Of a DNA stretch of 64,000 bases, positions 29,727 to 44,000 are shown piece by piece. The stretch covers positions 20,882,767-20,946,766 of the forward strand of contig OZ037766.1 in NCBI GenBank assembly GCA_964035545.1, read 5' to 3'. Under the pieces are notes generated by a model. It had not been told where the DNA came from. It worked only from the letters and a program-made list of their open reading frames with translations, and made no database searches. This stretch comes from Bugula neritina. Taxonomy: Eukaryota; Animalia; Bryozoa. The first letter of the stretch is position 1, and the number at the start of each line of letters is the position of its first letter. Made by a program: the position numbers and the translations under genes.

Positions 29727-32700
29727 TTACAGATGAATTGGAGCCTTGGCAAAGGAAACTCGGAGGTGATGAGTCTGGCTTATGGGGAAGTTATGCATCA
29801 CCTACAACGTACACCACAGTTAAGTAGAGTTATACTAATGAATGCAGCAGCAGTATTACAAAACAGTTAGTAACATTATCATTACTGATTCTGCAGCTAG
29901 TGGCTACTGTAGCGGTTACTATTGTTATTAGAATCACAAATACAACTTCCCAAGTACTGTTATCATTGCGATATACGAGCAACACATTCTATGGTGGGAC
30001 AACTCACGATTAGTGCTGCAACAGCTTCTGACGTTGATTGGAACTGTATTAAAGCCATTCTTTTGTCGTTATGAAAGAACTTGAAGCCTGTAACCTGGGC
30101 ATGCTTAGAAAACTCTTCAACCAGAAAGTTCTCATCAGCTGCTTCAATCCTGTAACCACAACATAGACACTGCAAGGACAGCTGCCTTCCTAATCATGTA
30201 AAAGTTAAGTAGTGATATTGGTACTAAATACAAAGTCACACCTTTTTAAACCTATTTTAGCGCCCTGTATAAAGTTTCGTTTATACCCCTGCTGAAAAAA
30301 GTTCCCAGTTTTAGTTAATAACACTTGTCCGAGTACCCTTTTATAGTTTTACTGAAACTCGTTGAAATCATATTGATGTTGAAGCTCACTTTCCAATAGT
30401 GAATGATGACTAAATCGATATTTGATGTCCTTCGAAAATGTAATAAATTAGTAAAGTTGACAACATGAAAACGATAATTGAAAAATCGTAGCTGATATAA
30501 TTATAAATATGAAGCTTTATTTAACGCTTTTTTAAGTATGTCATCTAGTCGCCAAAGTCGTAATAGAATACTGATATCTACAAGGAGTTCCATTTGATTA
30601 TTATTTTGAAACTGGCTGCACAAAAGTTTTGACGAGAGGCTTTTGCAATGCAATGGAACTCAGTCAAATTGAATTTCTGCCTGAAAATCGTGAAGGTATA
30701 AATGCAGCTGCTATAACCCGGCTGGACAACTGGTTGTATTGAACAAATAAAAGAGAGTACCAAGAAGTAAATGACCACCACTTACGGAATATTGCAGAGA
30801 TGCAGAGTGTTACAAGGAGGGTATATGTTGACCCCATTTCTTGTGCCTTTTTTGCTGTATCTGTGTAAATCTGAATTGGTAAAGTCTTTGGTCAGTTTAA
30901 ATCCTTCCTGTCAACAACATGCACGACATATTTGGTTAAGAAATGACAATGTAAAAAACTTCTTTTTGAGTAACTATACCATAAAAGTTTCACTGCGACA
31001 CAGTTGATAGTTTTAATTAAATTCTGAAAAGAAGCAAGGTTGACATTAGATCTAACTCACGGATGAATATAAACGCAATTCTTATTAGGCTAGGTTGAAT
31101 TGTTGGCTATTATTTTTGTTTACAATTTTATTCAAGCAACTAACAGCAATAAACTGGTTACATCACTAGAAAAATATTGAGTTATGACATCAACGTTCAT
31201 TAGATGAATTATAGAAGCTACCATCAACATGCAGTTTCTAATAAACCTGATGAGAATAATTGAATGAGGCAGCTGCGAGATGAACTTACCTTGTGGGAGT
31301 CAGCGGATGGCATTTGAATGTTGGTATGTCTAGACAGCATCACTCGAACCTCGTGATCCCAGAACTTCACACGATCCAAATATTTGCAAGCTAAAAAGTC
31401 AGCATTAAAAATGTAACCGAGGATCAATAAAGAATAGTCAATACAGTTATACAATTAGTTATGGAATATACTTGTGGTTTGTATAGTATAACAGCAGATA
31501 CCACATCCTTAACTCACCCATGAGTGCCATTGAATGGTCTTCATACTGCACAAGAGCAGAATCAGTTTTGTTAAACAAAATCTTCACTCTTTGGACGTCG
31601 CCATACATGCCTGTTAGAAACGTTCACAGAGTAAAAAATAAGTAGTGTTTACAGTGCTAAATGGCCAGGAATCAGAGTAGGTTAGTGTAAATCATAGCTT
31701 TGAAATCATGCGTGTAACAACAAAGCTACCATTACAGTGTGAGACAATACAATATATCAGAATTTTATCAGTAAAACTAAGAGATGATATTGAAATAGTG
31801 AAGTTGTCTTCTAAAAACATGCTATTAATACATTTTGAGACATGCCACGTCAATATATGATGCAGAATCATGTTTATTTCCAAGAAATAGTAGCTAATTA
31901 TCAAAAGCGAAATGCATTTTGAAGAAGACAACTCCTTACACCAACCATAAGCAATATATTTAACATTGGAGAAAGTGCAAGGTCAAACAGTAAGAGTAAG
32001 CACTAAGCTATATAATAAGTGCATTAGAAAGAGGTCATTTGGGTATTTTGTTTAAACATGGCTGAATATTAAGAAGAAAACCAGAGTGCCAGCTGATTGA
32101 GGAAGTTTAAAAAGGTTAGTAGTTTTGTTAAATGTAATTGGATGCCAACATATTTTGTCGGCATCCATTTATTTAATTTTTTAATAAATTCCTGCTAAAA
32201 GGATGTAGTCAAAGCATAGCCAATGCATACCTGCTACCAAAGTGTAGTGACAAAGAAAATGAATAGTTATCAGAAATATCATAATTGTTTTTCAGATTGT
32301 GACTAAGCAGTAAAAAAGCTTAGGCACATAATATAGTAACATTGATATTTTGAATAAACTGGCACGGTTCTGCTAAAAATTCTCAGCAATTCTTAATTTT
32401 AGAGCGCCTTCTTTTAATAGTTGGCCTATGCAACTGCCATATCTTTGAGATAAAGTTAAATCAGATTTGAGAGTTGTCCCATTTCGTTATAAAGCAACAC
32501 AAGTAGCGCAGAGCCAGTAGGCAAAAAGAAAGTGAACAAATAAGTTGCACTTTATTTTCATTTCTGATTAGCAACTCGGAATATACAGTAGTATTTTAAT
32601 AAAAATACAGAGAGCAAGATATCTGTTAATGTTCAAACTGATGAACGTAATTCTGTTGCAACAAATAATAACAAATATCTTGCTGCTGTGTAAAAGATAG

Positions 32701-35700
32701 AAAGTTTAGAGCTACCTACTACTCTACTAGTAAAATGAAGTGGCTAAAAGACTACATACACATACCGAATAGCGTGAATAGAGCATCAGGGCTAACTTTC
32801 TGTCACATAGAAGGATAGTGACCAAGTAAGAGGTGTCGGTTTTGCAGAGAGCATCAGATCAGCGGCAATTGACGTAGTACCAAGTACCACACACCAGGTA
32901 TATCACAGAGAAAGTAGTGTGGTAAAACAGTGTTGGAAATACGGCAGCAAACAATGAACAGCAGCAGCAGCCATAAAGATCAGGCAGGAGAAGGCGGGTG
33001 GGTTGGCAGACCCCAATATTATTGTACAGTGTAGCATAGGTAGTCAGTGTAGTGGTGTTTTATAGAGGGTAGAGTTCATGAAAGAAAGAAAAGAAAATGC
33101 ATTGATTTAAGCATAGGTCTACCATTTAGTGTACACAAAATAGAATACATGCAAAAGGTCAAGTTAAAATTGTAACTCTTTGCCCATCACCACACCTGCG
33201 TTTCTTTGCAAGTCAGTTTCCACATAACTTGGAATGTTACGAAATTTTTCCAAGTAACCAATGATCCTTATTATTAAATATGGGAGGCATGGCTTAGTTG
33301 AGATGGAGCACAAGCTAATTCCTAATGGATGTTTAGCATATTTGATATAATAAAAGCTGTATCACGTACAACACTTCACTAATGTATGAAATACAACATT
33401 AATACAGGCGCACCAACAATACCACACAGATGGCAGCGTAGGGCACATAGGTGCAGTAGAAGTGAAGTTGCAATAGCCTTAATTGTTAAACGAATTTTAG
33501 TTTGGGTAGAATTAAAATTCTCTAAAGACTATAATTTAGTTATGACAAATTTTCGTCAAAAACCCAGGCTTTTCTCAATTTCTCAATTACTACACCTATT
33601 TATCATTGCATTTATATACAGCAACAAGAGGTAAAATAAAGATTTTAGCAACTTTTCTAGAGTTGTCTGTTTTTAAACATCCAAAATAGAAGGCAAGAAA
33701 GCTGCTTTTAAATGTACATAAAATTTAACATAAAAGCATTAAACTATTTGATAATGTTCAGGATTGAATTTTGAGATATAAAAGACCAAAGCAACACAGA
33801 TAAAAGGTTTTTTATATAAATACAATCTTTATTTTATTATTTGAATATTCTGAAGACATGAATGAGGACTAACTATATTATTGTGTACCACATATTAGCT
33901 ATTGCATACCTTGGAGTTGAGATTTGACACCAGTACCACAGAGCTGGTGCTGTTATGAGGGCTTGTAGCTGGTGGGTCAGGACTGGCAGCGTTGGCAACA
34001 GGAAAGCCGAGAGCATGTTGGTACTCACTAGCTGGAGTCTGTCGTCCAGGGAACTGTCTGCCAGGAAGGACTTGGAGGGATGCTGTCGGAGAAGCGGCAG
34101 CAGAGTTGAGAGCCGCCTGGTTGAGCAACATTTGCTGGGCGTGCAACTGTGGACCGAGCGCGTACTGAGGAATCTTGGGATGGAGAGATGGAGCAGAGGG
34201 TAGACCATGCAGCTGGTTCATCATCAGCTGTTGCAGCTGCAACTGGTTGACTGTGTTAGTTGGTAGTTGACCATCTGGTAGGCGTGGCGGGGAGAAGGGA
34301 ACCGTGGCAGCAGGGGGTGCTGATGGGAGAGGCTGTGGAGAGGAGATAGGGGGTTGCAGACTGAATCCTTGTAGCACTGCTGGGTTCATTCCATGCATGA
34401 GCTGGTAGCCGGGTACACCCGACATTGCAGGGACACCAGGTACTGGGGGCATTGGCGCCATGACTTGCCCAGGGAGAGTAACTGCAGGTGCAAATGGCAC
34501 TACAAACAACGTAAACTGGTGTCACAAACACTCCAATGGTTATATAACAGTCAATAGTTAATTAGAGAGTAATATGCATAGAATTCCCCCCAATTCTGTC
34601 TGAACATTTAAAAAATGCATAGGAAATTTTAAACGAGTTACATTTATAGCAACATTACCTGTATGCCACTCCCTAAGCTAGCATTGGACACTATGTTAAT
34701 ACTCACTCATGTTGATATGTCTCATCTGCCCCAACATGTGAGGCAGCGACGCTGCCGGGGCTCCCAGTTGAAGTGCAGCAGCTGCTGAAGGTAAACTCAT
34801 GGCCGGTGGACAGGGTGAGCTCTCGTCTCCACTAGGCAGATCCGGGTTGGTGAAGTCTCGACTCTTGTCATTGTTGTACTTGACATTGACACTGATCATC
34901 TTGCTGAAGTCTATTCTTAGAACACAGCAGTTGGTAAATATCGTCTTGCCATCTAGCTCCTGAAAGAGCCAATTAACATAGTATTACTTGGGATACAACC
35001 TCAACTTGTGATAAAAAATAACTGACTGGCCATTATTACAAGGCCACTTGAATAGAGTGTAGACAGAGTACCAATGTACCTGCTTAGCTGCCTGAGCAGA
35101 GCTGACGTCTGACATTTGTATCAGTGACTGGAACTGACCTAGAATAAAACACAGTATATACAATATACACCTTGAGCTGATATTTCAATGATAGCTAGGG
35201 ACATAATATTTGCCAACCTCCAGCTACAAACCGTGGCTGCATGGTGTAAAAATAACTTCTGCCATGCTTTATGGTGAGTTGATTCGGAAAACATTCTCTA
35301 GAAGAGAGGATTTGCATAGCAAAGGTCAATCACAAATGGCTGACGCAGGCTTTAGCTACTTTACAAGGTCGGTAGAGCAGCAGTTTTGAAAAAACAATAC
35401 CAATATATTACTGCAACGCGTAGTCCGTGTGAATTATATATACATTGGAAACTTTCATAATGCATCTACCGATTTCTCTATACTCCTATATACTAACATA
35501 CATCCATGACACATTTCATCAGAATTAACCAAATGAGCTATATTATATATGGTATAAAATGCAGGAACTATGGAATTTTTCAGATTTAAACATCACAAAA
35601 ATGACATTTTACTCCTGCTTCAAATAGCAGTTTTAAAGACCACACTAATCTGAAGGCAGCAGTATATAAAACCCTGCACTAATTTAGCCATTTTAAAATA

Positions 35701-38700
35701 CAGAGTTAAAAAGTTCTCAACATTTTAAATACAAGCCTAAAATGTATAACTAGAACTGTACAAAAATGTTCAAATAAGTTTCCTCTCTATAATCTAAAAG
35801 AAAATTGAAATTTGTAATGCTGACTTTTAAAATAAAGGTGCTGATAATAGTTTAAATTACAGACTTTATTTTCTTCATTTCACAAAACTGAGCCTTTACA
35901 AAGAATCGGACTTAAGGCAAAATAAAAACACTTTTAGATGAGCTACACTAGGATAGCACTATTTACTATTATGCTGTCAGCTAGCGGCAGCACCAGCAGA
36001 TGAACTATCAAAATATATACACCACTAAACTATAGTTCTACATACAAGCATACAAAGTTGTCCAGTAAACAACTAATTGTATGCATAGTGTTCATAAAAT
36101 AGACATTTCAAAGGTAATTTATTATGAAGTAAATGTCAGAAATATTACTAATTGATAAATGATGATGTCAAGAATACTTACCATTCTTGGTGAATGTTAT
36201 GATTTTCTCCACTACGCCAAATCTTGAGAATACCTATAAAGCAATAATAAGTACTCGGGCTATAATGGCAGCGGAGTGATTCATTAGTCCATATAAAATA
36301 TCAGCCTACTGAAGGCAATTTATAACATCTCGATCCCCTCTATTGAGCTGCCATTTTTTCCAAATGTGTGAATCACAGAAAAATAAATACCACAACCACT
36401 TAATTTCTGAACATCTATTTTTTACTAATATAGAGCCTGGAGCATTGAACAGATAAATAACAGACTAGTATGCACTATAAATTCATCTGGCCGTCTCCAC
36501 ATTGACAGATTACTTCTGCTGCGTATATTTAGTGTTAAGACTGTACTTACGTTGTGTAATATATGCAGTGTGATTGGATATACTAGATTGTCTATGTTCA
36601 CATGTAATACCGGGGTGGGCTTCATACCATTGGCATGTGATCTCTACAATACACGGGATAAAATAATGCAGTTGAGAGATGTGACTAGAAGAAATGACAT
36701 GCAGACTGTAGCTATACCACATACCATTATGAAAAGCGCACAACTCCCAAAATTTACTAATTATAGCTGATTTTCACTTACAGTTGATATTATTTCACTC
36801 AAACCGAGCAATTTGAAGTCTAAAAAACTGGGGCACTGAATAGCAAATCAAATACACTGAACATGTCATGACAAATTAAATGCCAAGCATATTTTGAAAT
36901 AAATTAAAAAGTCAATCAGATATCAGGCAAAGTGAACCTGACCACATTCTAAGTCATTATTAATTGTAGCCTACAATCTAAGCACAGCAAGGGATATTTT
37001 TACATTGTACTAATTGTGCTAATCTTACAGCTCCCCATAATTACAAATTCTGAAAAATTCAAAAGGTTCAGAAGTACAACAGCTATCTTTGCATATAACT
37101 CAGTCTACTGACTCCACCTTGGCCAGTCTACACCTGCAGGAGTGTAATATAGGGTATGGTATTAAGAGAGATATGGTAGGGTAAGTCAAGAAGCATACCT
37201 GACCAGGTTTGAGCTCTGAGTAGGTTGCTGAGTACTGTAGCTGAACAGTGTGTCCACGGATAATGGCTGGCAACATCGGATTTTGATGGAAACGGATAAA
37301 AGCAGTAGCTTGACTAACTTCCAACATCTCCACGAATGCCTAAAAGTTAAATAAGTCAATTGACAATATAGAGATAGGCAATTGACTTTGGGTAAATTTC
37401 ATGGACTTTCATAAGAGTTTTAAGGTGGACTTCTAGTCCTACAGCTAAAAAAGCCTAAGGCTAGGTTAATACTACAGTTAAGACACTATTTCTCTACAGG
37501 AGGAGGGGGGGGGGGTTTCTCTCTCTACAACTGGAAAACTAGTAGTGGAATGATGGGAGATGAACTGAAAGAGCTTGTATTGACAGCAAATCTAAAGCTC
37601 TTCATTTACGGTTCAAACAGGTAAAAGTAGATATTATCAGTCACATTTCATCCACACAAAGCATTCAGTTGGAACTCTCTATCCTAACGCAATATTATCA
37701 GTTAAAACAACACAAGCACTAAATTCTATTATTTTTCCATTATAGCAATATTATTAACTTCTCTTTACACAACACTGACTCACTACACACAGCATCAGAG
37801 TGTGTTGATTATAGACAGCAGGCAGTGGTGTGGCACCGGCTGTCAAAGGGATTGTTATACTGTAAATGCTAGGGGGACTCTTATTACGTAACTTTAATTA
37901 TACCAGTGTTGATGAATAATGCAGGTTTACAGTTGAAATAAAAGAAAATTCAAGCAAAGCTGAGGCTGCTTATAAAAGTAAACTACACCTTGAAGGCTAA
38001 TCACCACTTAATTCAGCTTTAGGGTGGCTGTGAAAGAGTAGGTTTTTAGTTGTGTTTGGGTGACATGTGCCCAGCTACTGTTTACTGAAAGATGACAGAA
38101 ATGTCAAACAGGGAGGTGGAGTGTTTTATTGGAACAGCAAATTTTCAACAAAGTAGTGGTACCAGTATCTGTCAGATGCACGTGTAGATAACAGTGAACA
38201 CCGAAATGTTGGCAAATACAGAGTTAAATTTTCTATGCAAACTTAAAATAAGTTCCCTCTGTTAGAAACTTTGTGGTAAATATAGAGAGCCGATGGTCTA
38301 CTCTGTGAACAAAAGCTGTGTATTGTAGTGTATTGTGGCATACCCACAACACACTACAATAGATAGGAAGCTCAGAGCCACGTCTGAGGAGATTATCATC
38401 AAACTAATAAACCAGCTCATTAGTGGGCATGAGCAAATGCAATTAGACAAAAGGGGTGCTGAGTAATTGGCATCAAGCTAAATTGAAATCATCTTCATTG
38501 CTTCAAGTTTGAAAACAAACATCACCAGTCAGTTATAAACTCTTCAAAATGAAAACCAGGTGAGAGCCCTTATAAAGAGCAACACAAATTTAAGAGACCA
38601 AAATACTTTATTATAGTATTACATAACCAGCTTACTGGAGCACAAAGCTTTGGGCCAATTGATGGAGGCATTAGCTGTAGCTAGCTGCCATAGAATACTG

Positions 38701-40870
38701 CAATCTGCTAAAATCACAGCGTTTAGTAAACAAATTTTGAAGGAAATCCTTTTGTATTCAAAGCAGTAGCTGTAAACAGCATCTTTGTTTACTACTAACT
38801 CTGAACTTTGTATACTAAGCAATTAGTAGGTGTCAGCTGCAGTGTAACTACTGGAACAATATCCCAACCTCAAGGTTAAACACCTGGCTCAGGTAATGCC
38901 TATTCCATTACCTTGTTGTGGCAGCTTGCTGCTGCTAGAATAAGTCCGCATTACAGGCACCAAAATATTACAACATGCTAAGCAGTCTATCTGTAAACAA
39001 TGAAGTCAGTCTTTCTTTCTAACACTCTCTTGCTTAATGAAAACTAGTGCTCAGAATTCAAACATTTCATGGTGACTAGTTTCAGTTTCAACTAAAAGTT
39101 TTACACTATTAACTCAGAAATCCATCACAAAAAGTTGTGTAACATCAACACTGCACACAGTAGAGAATGACTTGCCACCACAGAGGGATAAAATGGTGCC
39201 ACCAAAAGTTTTTCAACATTCTATGTAAATTCTACACATTCCCAAGGCACAGTTTAGATTTTTGTCTTCCAGTACACAGCACAACATTGCTTCTATACAG
39301 TACAATTGGATTCCACCAGGATTTATTACACTGGTGTAAAAGTACACAATTAATTTCCTTGTGCTCAGTGACAAATTTGTATGGAACAAAAGGTGTTCAT
39401 TGAACTTATTTTAAAAATTAAAATAACTGCATTTACTATTAGGATGCAGTAATAGAGAATAAATGAAGCTATAATAGCATTTAGCTGCTGACAGCCAGAG
39501 TGCAGCAATCTTTTCGTCACTAAAACATCTCTCCAACACTTAGCCTAGGGCCACACGGTGCGTATTTTCGCATGCAAAAATTGAAATCACGGGTAGCAAA
39601 GGTGTCTACTGTAGCGTCAGTGATGCGTGATAAATAAAGCTTTCATTTTTAAATCGCCTTTGCTACTCGTGATTTCAATTTTCGCCGTGTGGCCTTAGGC
39701 CTACAAGAATGAGTACAACTATACATAATCCGTATCCAATAGTTACACTCTAATACTCCATTCTAAACGGAAAAGATGAAGGTTTACCTGTCGTTTATTT
39801 CTCATGAGTATCAGATTGGTGACGTTGCCATGTTTTTCTGCAAGGTGCATCACCTCAGTTTCAGATGTGTCGTGTGGCAAGTTCCGCACATGGACGACTT
39901 TAGAGGGATTTACTTTATCAGGGACTGAGTTATCACCATGTACTCTTGGCTACAGAACAAGGTGACTTACAGTGAGATATGAAACACAGGAAATGCAGTA
40001 GTGTTTGAATACAGAAGAAGTAATAGTAGATGAGAATGTCCTCTCTCTCACCTTCTTATATGCATAGTTTTCACAATCAGACTGAGCATCTGAAGCTAGA
40101 GTTTCGGTGGACTGGGAGATGGCAGGGGCCCCAGCATACTGTTGAAGCATTGACTCAGCATTTCTCTGTTGAATGTAAATAAGAAAACACACCATGCTCT
40201 TGTTACAGTGAAACCGTTGTTGGGTCAGACTTTACATTAAATTTAAATCATGGAGCTGAATCCACTTGGGAAAATAAGAATCCATGTTTTATTTTAGAAC
40301 TTGAAATACATAATATGTAATTACTATTAACCACACAAAAATGTTGTTTGAAATTATCACAATTATATATATTCACTGTGTAGGTAAAAATGAGTTAGAC
40401 ACTATATATCTATTTTCTGGAAATGTATAAATGTCTACTAGATCACTGAGAATTTTGAGTATTATCCCATAACAAGATGCTTGTTACAATTTTCTGATTT
40501 ACAGAGATAGTCAGGTCCCATTGCAATACAATTCTAATGTTTCCATAAATGCTAAGAACAAACCAAAAATATCGTAGGAATCTAGTGAGGCTTTGTGCAC
40601 AAGATTACAGTTAGGCAAGTAAAGAGCTTTATAATAGTATAGCTTTTATAATAGTATTGCACTATAAAATACATGTTTAGCAGTTTCTCATATGTTGTTT
40701 GTTTCAACTGAAGCTTCACAATAGAGTAACATAACCAATGGGTGGCCACAGTTGTTTTGTTGAAATATTCTGGCTTGAGCCAATGGTAAAACAAAGCAGG
40801 CCTAATATATGTACAATAAATATTCAGCAACCATATATAGCTACTTACCTTGCTTCCAGGTGTCAAAGGG
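29727..40870 (-). CDS. PTBP1: Polypyrimidine tract-binding protein (PTBP/hnRNP I), four RRMs. Exons ~40849-40870, 40052-40165, 39789-39949, 37199-37339, 36551-36642, 36182-36233, 35080-35138, 34707-34960, 33910-34499, 32766-32799, 31519-31610, 31290-31390, 30786-30907, 30008-30150, 29727-29801; first coding exon not identified
   Basis: [10 protein letters not shown] (RRM1); [32 protein letters not shown] and [32 protein letters not shown] (RRM2); [33 protein letters not shown] (RRM3); [14 protein letters not shown] and HHLRVSFAK (RRM4). The symbol denotes the family, co-orthologous to PTBP1/2/3. Confidence 0.93.
32802..33118 (-). promoter_or_regulatory. AG-exclusion zone with distant polypyrimidine tract and branch point upstream of the PTBP 34-nt exon
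   Basis: No CT dinucleotide on the + strand (AG on the pre-mRNA) from 32802 to 33118. The pre-mRNA reads GCUUAAAUCAAUGCAUUUUCUUUUCUUUCUUUC at the far end (~33112-33080). Confidence 0.8.
39543..39700. mobile_element. Short palindromic MITE (possibly Harbinger-like termini)
   Basis: GGCCACACGG/CCGTGTGGCC termini plus 26-bp inner arms AAAATTGAAATCACG(G/A)GTAGCAAAGG. Confidence 0.7.
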
Positions 40871-41025
40871 CTAAAATAATAAAAATATGAATTATTTTCA
40901 TGAGAAATGTGGACCAACATACCAAAACGGAAGCAGCACAAACAGATAAATTAAAATTGATAAGGGAAAAACTTAAATAGCACATTTAAATAACTCATCT
41001 TGCATATTTCAATGGTTATTATTAA

Positions 41026-44000
41026 TAGTCTGGCAGAAAAACACCAATTTTTGACTTAGGTTCGCAACCCCGGATAAAGTTTTTTTCTCTTCTGATTATT
41101 CAAATATAGGGTCTAGGTAAGTGTTTCCAGGTGGGTGTGGACTTCTCACCCTTGAGCATTTCGAGAAATTCAAGATGGCCGCCAGGCACCAGACGAATCT
41201 TTATAATTCAAACGTATCTACCCACTGAGGCTAAATTTAAGGCTTCAATGCTTTGAAATCTTTAGAAATTGATATAATAAAGATGCATGTACCTTTATCA
41301 TGTGTTTTATTGAGTAATAGGCAAATGATACCCAAGGGTGACTAAGCTAAGCCTTAATCATTCACTTTTTTTAAATTTAACTTAGCCTTGCCGTGTTTAT
41401 AATTTCCTTGCATCTCTGCATATCAGTTTGTTTTAAATTCATGAAAATTTACTATATGGGGTGATACTATATGCTGATTACAAATATGTCCAACAAATAA
41501 AGCTGAAAGGGGTTCTGCAAAATTCAAATGCAAAGTCATTGCCATATGAGCTAAATAGCAATTTATTTCAAACTAGCATGCCTATCAAAAAAGTTTGTTG
41601 AGCTGCCAATTTAATAGTTATTTTCTGTTTTAAAGTTTTAGCTATGTTTTTTAAAGTTAGAAAAAAAGGTGAACAACTTTGATAAAACAACACCATGGCT
41701 TCTTAAAATAGTTTAATTGCTTTATTATGGACACATCGTTTATCTAAATATTGACTTTTTGCTTTCGAAAACTACTTTTACAATCAGCACATTTGACTTT
41801 TCTTTAAAAACAGTTGTAAACAGTTTTTTATGAATGAGAATCTATTTCATGCTGGGGGAAGTAATACATTCATTGGAACAGTGGTTCCCTACCTTTTTCA
41901 TACCAATCCCCTTTCATAAATGTTTACTATTAATTTCTCCCTTTTAATGACCTATGTTGGGTGCACTAGAACATTAATGATTGAAACTGATTTGGTAAAA
42001 GTAGCTAATTCTACTTTTGGTAGTTTCCTCAAAATGCTATATGAAAAAAGTTTCCCCAGAATGTACGGGGCCTGAGAATATTGGTGGGAGAGCTGTTGCA
42101 GTCAGTCTTTGATAAAAGTGTAATCACTAGCATGGAGGACCTTGACAAGATGTTGACTAAGATTTCAGAGAGCTGAAGAACAGCAAAAACCGTGGGTCGT
42201 GTGCTTTATTAGACCAATTTTTTCCATCAACACCCACATCATGGCTGATAGAGAAGGAGACTGGGCCTTACAACTAGCAATGGAAAAGGAAATGTACTTA
42301 TATCTGTGTAGCATGAAGGCCATACCACAAAATGTAAGGATTGAATTCGTGGCTGGTAACCACACAATGCATCATAGGCGCAGCCAGCTCGACGGCATCT
42401 GGTCAGACATTACCATGGGGGTGATTTTCGTGAGATTTGGTCACAGCAAGAGGGAATCATTGGCATCACCACTAAATCTGAAACTCTCAAGGTGTGGGTG
42501 TACAGCACTTCTGCATGCAGCAAAATACAGTAAGGCTTCAGTGACATCAGGGATGAGTCTGAAATAAAATATGCTTCCACTACTCATAAGGATGAGATGC
42601 AATCAAGAGTCCAATCTGATTCAAAGGACAGGGAGTCTGTTAAAAGGAAGATTGAACTCTGCAATGACCCACTCAAAAAAGGGTGCACAAGAAGTTAAGA
42701 AAATGTCCACCAAGCAGGAGGTTCTGTTATATACAAGATGACAATAAAAACTATACTGATGTATGGATATCAGACATGGCCACTGACTCAAAGACAAGAG
42801 AACAAGATAAGTGCAACTGAGATGAAGATACCTTGTCACATTTACAATATAGAGTGGGAAGACCATGTAACAAATGATAATATAAGGAGGAGGCCAAAAT
42901 AAAAGCCATCGCAATAGGCATGAGAAGACCTCTTCAATGGTATGGACATGTGCGTCAAAGAGATAGGGATGAAGATATTATAATGGTGGCTGAGATGAAG
43001 ATACAGAGAAAGAGAGGGAGGCCAAAGAAAAGGTTAATGAATACAGTGAAGGATGTCATACTGAAATGTGGCCTCTCAGATGAAGATGTTGACAACAGAA
43101 TCAGATAACACTCTCTGATAGCACTTGGTGCCCTGCAAAATCGCAACCCATCTTAGACCACAGCGTACTAGGTGAGAAAGTCCAAGACAAATTCCTATAA
43201 TGGACAATTTGCTGCCGTCCCATGGCCTCTCAGGATGTGATGTAGTGGCAACAATGTAAAATGTTAGAAAGGGAGTCATACTAAATGTCTTGGTAGAAAG
43301 AAAGTGTGATTTGGTGACACTAGGGCTTTTTTCAGGATGACTATTCATACAAGCTACCAGATTTATGCTATGTTGCTAAGCTTATGCAAAGTGTTCCTCT
43401 ATGACATCTACAAAACAAAAGGCTTAGAAAACCAAGGTCAGCAATGCTATTTGCTATGTGCTTTTAGCTTATGTACTTTGCCTGCTACAGATAAAGCTAT
43501 TGGACAATGTCACCAGAGCACACCTCCAGGTAGCCAAATGAAACTGCGGCATTAAACCCACTAGAGCATTGGCGATTTTTTACAATTTAGCTACTCCTGT
43601 ACATAGATTTTAGCACCAAGCTAATGAAATTTTAGCAAGTAAAACTCAATATTCAAGGCTTTTTCAATTATGCATGATTTTCTATGCTTTTTCCTAATTT
43701 ATTAGTACATTGAGATATATTATATGAACCATGATGGTTCACAAATATATATTTAGCTCCTATGACATGACGCTGCGCTTAAATGTTGCAGGACCTCTTT
43801 CCAGTGTTTTTGCTATGCATAGTTAGAATCAGCAAATTCTATTACTTTATAATAGTAAGTTTTCATGAATTTTTTAGTAAACTTAAAAATTTTTGATCAT
43901 AATCTGTTGATGTGTGCTAAATAAAATAAAATGGCCTAAATTCATTAAATGCTCCTGTGGAAGCTAACAATCATGCAAAACAGATATGGCTGTTCTAGTA

